From assembly GCA_913031135.1 (NCBI GenBank), contig CAJWEH010000001.1, positions 1,482-65,481 of the forward strand: DNA of 64,000 nt, given 5' to 3'. The translations under genes and the position numbers were made by a program. Below, one piece after another: positions 59,388 through 64,000 of the stretch; the stretch's first letter is position 1; each line of letters starts with the position of its first letter. The notes under the pieces are model-generated. The model saw only the letters and a program-made list of their open reading frames with translations. It was not told the origin of the DNA and made no database searches. This stretch comes from an uncultured Puniceicoccaceae bacterium (GTDB lineage Bacteria > Verrucomicrobiota > Verrucomicrobiia > Opitutales > Coraliomargaritaceae).

Positions 59388-61040
59388 TGCTTCGCCTAGA
59401 TCGGGTGAATCTTTTGCTAATTCGATAGACATCAATTCGCTGTAAAATCCATTAAGACCTGTGTTGCGACTAAAACGTTTGAAGTTGTCCATCAGTTGAT
59501 TACTCTCTTCAGGATCCGCTTCATAGTCGACAACAGCTTTTGATCTCAAATAGGTGATGATGGCAGTTCCTCCATAATTAATCATATCTGAGACGTCACC
59601 CTCATTGAGCCTGAAAACCGCTTGTAGTTCATAAGGGTTCACATTCTCGGGTCGATTGTTGTAGCTGAAGTTGGGATACGCTTCTACTGTGACATCTGCT
59701 AAGTTTGCAATCGAGGATTCGAAATCGTCCCCTGATTCAATAATTGCCTCAATCTCTGATTTGATTTCCTTGCCATATTCGTTGAAGCGTTTGCGTTTTT
59801 CGGCTTCTCGGTAGTCGCTCGTCAATTGATCTGCAACCGAATAAAAGGGAGGGATGCTTGATGGTGTCTGTCCTTTATAAAAAAGAACGGCGAAGCCTTT
59901 TGTCGTTTCGACTGGATCTGAATAATATTTGTCAGAATCTAAATTGAAAGCGCTCATTAATAATTCTCTGGATAACCCTTTTTGATTTATTTGTGATTTT
60001 GAATATGCGCCGATTTCTATTTCATTTACGACATACTTTTTCTTAGTTGCTTCAAATACTTCTGAGCCATAAGTGACGGCTTGGTCATAGAGTGCGTAGG
60101 TGAAATTATTTGAGGCATTTTCAGCTGCTTTTGCTTGAAGTTCTTCGAGCAGAGCGGCATTGATGATTTCTTGGACAGCATCAAGTGCAATGTCCTCAGT
60201 GTTGACTTCAGAGTCTGCATCAAGCGTGGATCGATAGGTCGCATCGACGCTCTCTTTATTCTCTGCATAGTACGCTTCTATCTGTTCATCGTTGAATTTG
60301 GCGATGATGTTCGGATTAAACTTAAAGAGTACATATGAGGCATCAACGGTTTCTTCTGTTTCGTAGGATGCTTTTTGCTGTCTGTAGTAGTCTTTTAAGA
60401 TGGCTTCCGTGACATCAATTTCTGGATCGTAGTCGTCATAATTTATTTTGATATTGAATAAATCATACTCTGTATTGCGTGAATCTAAAGAAAGTTTCAC
60501 TTGTGCATCAGTGGCGTAGCCTGCACCTTCAATCGCTTGGTTTAATTGATCAATTTGATAATCTTCAGCTAGGATGCTTAGGAATTTCGCTTCACTCGCT
60601 GATGGGTTGAAGGCTAGCTGCTCTAGAAATGTGTTATATTTTTGAGTATCAAATGCACCGGATTCATTTTGGAAATAGGGTAGCGTTTCGAGGTATTTGC
60701 TGAGTTGGCTTGTCGTTGGTTTTGGCAACTTAAGTTGATCAATTAAATAGAGTTGAACGATGCGATCGGAAATAGCGTTTTGAATTTGGCGCTCATTGCG
60801 ACTTTCAGTACCCGTTTGTAGCAGTAAACTTAATCCAACATCCCCCGCTATTTCATTAATGGTATTCGGATTATTCACATCAATCCCAAAGAGCACTTGT
60901 TCTTTGTAGTTCGATTTATCAGTCGTGATGCCAGGTGTGTTTCCAATTGTAAAAACAAAGGCAACGATGACGACTGCTAAGAGTGTGATGAATATCCAAC
61001 GCCCGTGACGAATTAAGTGGTTTTGTATCCAAGAGATCAT
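59376..61040 (-). CDS. PpiD-like periplasmic chaperone (SurA-N domain, degenerate parvulin region)
   Basis: N-terminal anchor preceded by MISWIQNHLIRHGRWIF, as in PpiD. The parvulin-like remnant is ...YSDPVETTKGFAVLFYKG. Confidence 0.6.
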   Translation of the reverse strand: MISWIQNHLIRHGRWIFITLLAVVIVAFVFTIGNTPGITTDKSNYKEQVLFGIDVNNPNTINEIAGDVGLSLLLQTGTESRNERQIQNAISDRIVQLYLIDQLKLPKPTTSQLSKYLETLPYFQNESGAFDTQKYNTFLEQLAFNPSASEAKFLSILAEDYQIDQLNQAIEGAGYATDAQVKLSLDSRNTEYDLFNIKINYDDYDPEIDVTEAILKDYYRQQKASYETEETVDASYVLFKFNPNIIAKFNDEQIEAYYAENKESVDATYRSTLDADSEVNTEDIALDAVQEIINAALLEELQAKAAENASNNFTYALYDQAVTYGSEVFEATKKKYVVNEIEIGAYSKSQINQKGLSRELLMSAFNLDSDKYYSDPVETTKGFAVLFYKGQTPSSIPPFYSVADQLTSDYREAEKRKRFNEYGKEIKSEIEAIIESGDDFESSIANLADVTVEAYPNFSYNNRPENVNPYELQAVFRLNEGDVSDMINYGGTAIITYLRSKAVVDYEADPEESNQLMDNFKRFSRNTGLNGFYSELMSIELAKDSPDLGEASSE

Positions 61041-61063
61041 AATTTAAATAATAGTAAGATGCG

Positions 61064-61092
61064 TATGTAAAAATTCAGATGCCCCGTGTCAA
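61064..61092 (-). promoter_or_regulatory. Candidate sigma70-type promoter for the ppiD-like gene
   Basis: The minus strand reads TTGACA (61092-61087), a 17-nt spacer, then TACATA (61069-61064). Confidence 0.3.
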
Positions 61093-61110
61093 CTTATTGA
61101 TTTTGAAAAG

Positions 61111-61992
61111 TTACTCTATGGGGATCCCCGACAATTTTATTAGAGTCATGAACAAAAAGCTATTAGCATTAAATAAAGCATGAAAGAAAATCGCCTGTTT
61201 GATCGATCCACTTGATTCGTAAATGCGAACGAGGATGAAGCCAATTAAAGTCAGTGGTAAGAAGGCAGCTAAATTGCCATGAACGATAGCAAAACAAACA
61301 GCACTGATGATTTGAGCCAAGAGAATTGAAAATTTGCCTTTTAAAAAACGATAGAAACAGCCTCTAAATAAAATTTCTTCGACGATTGGAGCTAAGATGA
61401 TTGCAAATGAGGCAATCAATAAAACCTGTAATAAAGGAAGATCTTGACTGAGCAGTTCGATGATAGGCTGAACGGGAAATTCTTCGATCCAAGACAGCTC
61501 TCGGAGGATGGATAGTACAAAGCTCCATACAATAGAACAGAGCCAAATGAGTGGCAGGTATTGGATAAAGGTGAGAAAGCTCGATATGAAGTCGTTAAAC
61601 CAATGACTTTTTTGGGTGCTTAGTTGTAGTGCGTAATCGGAAGAATAAAATTTTTGGAAGGCATAGTAGACAATCAGAATGGGTAACTGAAGGGTCAAAA
61701 TTGAAATAATAGCAATGCTTGGATTTAACAGTACGCTATCGCCTTCAGGCACATCAGGAATCCATGCGGAGACGATGCTTTGGCAGGCAAAAACAGCGAC
61801 GAACATTGCAAAAATGAAGATACCCAAATCAACCCAAGTGATCTGCCAAGGCAGTAGTTTAGTTTGATCAGTACCAAAATATAGGCGTTTTCTTTGGGAC
61901 TGATTCAGCCACAAGAGCAAGCTTCCCAACGCAATCGCCAATGTCAGGAGGGTCATAGCCCAAATATAATTATTCAGGATGGGTTCATTCAT
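61111..61992 (-). CDS. CPBP-family intramembrane glutamic endopeptidase (CAAX protease-like)
   Basis: Motifs EEILFRG, FAIVHG and HALFN in a polytopic protein. Confidence 0.8.
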   Translation of the reverse strand: MNEPILNNYIWAMTLLTLAIALGSLLLWLNQSQRKRLYFGTDQTKLLPWQITWVDLGIFIFAMFVAVFACQSIVSAWIPDVPEGDSVLLNPSIAIISILTLQLPILIVYYAFQKFYSSDYALQLSTQKSHWFNDFISSFLTFIQYLPLIWLCSIVWSFVLSILRELSWIEEFPVQPIIELLSQDLPLLQVLLIASFAIILAPIVEEILFRGCFYRFLKGKFSILLAQIISAVCFAIVHGNLAAFLPLTLIGFILVRIYESSGSIKQAIFFHALFNANSFLFMTLIKLSGIPIE

Positions 61993-61994
61993 GG

Positions 61995-63278
61995 TTATCG
62001 CAAACGAAAGACTTCTTTGCCTTCAACAAAGGTCGCTTTGACCTGTCCCCTTAAGGTTCTTCCATTCCATGGACAATTTTTAGATTTACTTTTAAATTGT
62101 TCGGGATCCACCGTCCACTTTTGGTCGGGATCAAAAATACAAATGTCTGCAACCGCTCCTTCGCTTAAAGTGCCCGCAGGCAGATTGCATATGGCTGCGC
62201 CTTTATGCGTCATGAGGGCGATGACGTCACTGAGAGATAGTTCTTTTGAGTGATATAATGTTTCTAATGTACTGGCTAGGGCATTTTCCAAACCAATGAT
62301 GCCAAAAGGAGCTTGGTCGAATTCACGATCTTTTTCTGTTGGACTGTGGGGTGCGTGATCGGTCGCTATGCAGTCAATGGTTCCATCTTTGAGCCCCTCA
62401 AGTAGTGCCTTTCGGTCTTCGTCCGTTCTTAGCGGAGGGTTCATTTTAAATTCTGTTTTGTAACCTTCGATGCAGGCATCTGAAAATTCTAAATGGTGTG
62501 GGCTGGCTTCACCTGTTACTGGGATGCCTCTCGCTTTGGCTTCCCTCAGTAATGCTACGGAATGGTGGGAGCTTAAGTGTTGCATATGAATACGGGCACC
62601 CGTCAATTCAGATAGTATAATGTTTCGAGCGACTACGATGTCTTCGGCTGCTCGTGGCCAACCCTTAAGCCCTAATTTAACCGACCATTCGCCTTCATTC
62701 ATGACAGCCCCGGCGGTTAGGGTTGCGTCTTGGCAGTGATCCATAATCGGGAGATTGAAGAGGGTCGCATATTCCACGGCTCGTCGCATGATTTCATTAT
62801 TTTGCACGCATAAACCATCATCTGTGACGGCGACAATGCCTGCTTGTTTGAGTTGTCCAGTCGGTGCTAACTGTTCGCCTTTCATACCCATTGTCAGACA
62901 GCCTGTCGTGTACACGTGGACGACAGCATCTTTATCGATACTGTTATTGATACGCTCAAGCGTCCCTGCATTATCACAAACTGGACTCGTATTTGGCATA
63001 CAGACAACCGAGGTATAGCCACCGGCCGCTGCTGCACGAGAACCACTTGCAATATCTTCCTTATGCGTCTGTCCAGGTTCTCTAAAGTGAACATGGATAT
63101 CAACAAGACCTGGAGCAACGACCAGTCCCTTGGCATTAAATTTCGTTGCCTTTGATTGTTCCGCTTCGGTTAAATGATGAACAATACGACCGTCCTTAGC
63201 GAATAAGTCCGACTGTTCCTCTCGCTGATTAGCGGGATCAATAATTAATCCATTTGTAATCCATAAATACTGACTCAT
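61995..63278 (-). CDS. pyrC: Dihydroorotase (long, allantoinase-like type)
   Basis: GLVDIHVHFREPG metal-binding motif and ATDHAPH. Confidence 0.9.
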   Translation of the reverse strand: MSQYLWITNGLIIDPANQREEQSDLFAKDGRIVHHLTEAEQSKATKFNAKGLVVAPGLVDIHVHFREPGQTHKEDIASGSRAAAAGGYTSVVCMPNTSPVCDNAGTLERINNSIDKDAVVHVYTTGCLTMGMKGEQLAPTGQLKQAGIVAVTDDGLCVQNNEIMRRAVEYATLFNLPIMDHCQDATLTAGAVMNEGEWSVKLGLKGWPRAAEDIVVARNIILSELTGARIHMQHLSSHHSVALLREAKARGIPVTGEASPHHLEFSDACIEGYKTEFKMNPPLRTDEDRKALLEGLKDGTIDCIATDHAPHSPTEKDREFDQAPFGIIGLENALASTLETLYHSKELSLSDVIALMTHKGAAICNLPAGTLSEGAVADICIFDPDQKWTVDPEQFKSKSKNCPWNGRTLRGQVKATFVEGKEVFRLR

Positions 63279-63285
63279 TGATCAA

Positions 63286-64000
63286 TTAGTTTGTTGGTTC
63301 GGTTATGCTGATAGTTTGGTTTTTGTGGGCGGCGTAGCAAAGATGTAAGAGAGCCATTCGGACAAACACTCCGTTTTTGACTTGGTCAAGGATGACCGAA
63401 TGTTCGGAATCGGCTAGCTTAGAATCAATTTCAACACCTCGATTAATCGGACCAGGGTGCATGATGATGGCATTCGGTTTCAGCCAATGCGCTCTTCGTT
63501 CATTCAATCCAAAACTCGTTGTGTATTCGCCGATTGAAGGGAAGTGGGTCGAGGTTTGTCGTTCATGTTGAATCCTCAAAAGCATGATCGCATCGGCTTC
63601 TTCCAAAGCCTCCTTTAAATTGTGTGAGACTCGAACGCCCATTGACTCAAAGGCTTTAGGGACTAAAGTATTTGGACCCGCTAAGGTCACATCCGCACCT
63701 AGCTTTTTAAGACAATGTATATTTGAACGAGCCACTCGACTGAATAAAATATCCCCGAGGATCGTCACTTTCTTTTTCTTCAAGCTACCCAGTCGCTCCG
63801 TCAGCGTGAAACAATCGAGGAGTGCTTGAGTGGGGTGTGCATGGGAGCCATCCCCCGCATTGATAATCGGTATATCAACCGTATTCGAAAGATACTCAGC
63901 CGCACCCGAAGAAGCGTGTCGCATGATGATGATGTCTGCCCCTAAAGCGACAATATTGCGTGCGGTGTCCTTGAGTGACTCGCCTTTGCTCAAGCTACTC
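63286..64000 (-). CDS. pyrB: Aspartate carbamoyltransferase catalytic chain. The 5' end lies beyond the window.
   Basis: The frame stays open to the window edge. It has ...SKGESLKDTARN..., the HPTQALLD motif and MHPGPINRGVEI. Confidence 0.9.
   Translation of the reverse strand, partial: SSLSKGESLKDTARNIVALGADIIIMRHASSGAAEYLSNTVDIPIINAGDGSHAHPTQALLDCFTLTERLGSLKKKKVTILGDILFSRVARSNIHCLKKLGADVTLAGPNTLVPKAFESMGVRVSHNLKEALEEADAIMLLRIQHERQTSTHFPSIGEYTTSFGLNERRAHWLKPNAIIMHPGPINRGVEIDSKLADSEHSVILDQVKNGVFVRMALLHLCYAAHKNQTISITEPTN

Overview
Annotation method and limits: homology calls rest on motifs I recognise in the supplied translations and on my own reading of both strands. No searches were run.

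Overall content: this is a 64-kb chromosomal window, moderately AT-rich and densely coding, with about 58 protein genes, one tRNA and short intergenic gaps. I saw no rRNA, CRISPR array, transposase, integrase or recognisable defence or toxin-antitoxin genes. Most genes are housekeeping:
- Fatty acid synthesis: fabG-acpP-fabF.
- A minus-strand string tlyA-nadK-cca-polA followed by a mini RNase III.
- rsmJ, rph and trhO.
- sucCD-leuB-alaS.
- A stand-alone EF-G.
- cimA, serS, proS and msrA.
- rpmI-rplT, eno, purU, carB and recN.
- pyrB-pyrC.

Likely taxon (inference only): several traits suggest a PVC-type (Verrucomicrobiota-like) Gram-negative. These are multiple (G/A)FTL(V/I)E prepilin-like genes, an archaeal-type ProRS, and an ECF sigma paired with a ZAS anti-sigma.

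Less ordinary parts:
1. A tightly packed minus-strand operon at 43.2-47.8 kb encodes a porin, an FMN_bind protein, a PepSY-like TM protein, ApbE and a serine hydrolase. A 23-bp inverted-repeat pair with Fur-box-like half sites lies upstream, and there is an internal terminator hairpin. I read it as a candidate iron-responsive extracytosolic flavinylated redox module.
2. A five-gene pseudopilin operon at 14.6-18.0 kb has no assembly machinery in view.
3. An envelope/LPS cluster at 29.5-37.3 kb contains ECF sigma/ZAS, an ELM1-DUF1022 protein, an LpxL-family acyltransferase, an MsbA-like exporter, an O-antigen-ligase-like protein, a GT4 and a PAP2 phosphatase. The MsbA-like ORF stops one residue after its H-loop histidine, at the edge of a visibly more AT-rich segment.
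4. Downstream of tRNA-Leu(TAA) lie a SOUL-like gene, a possible HNH nuclease relic, and an MPGP/YedP-like HAD homolog that has lost its catalytic aspartates.

Nothing here is compelling as a wholly new system, and the interest scores are set accordingly.
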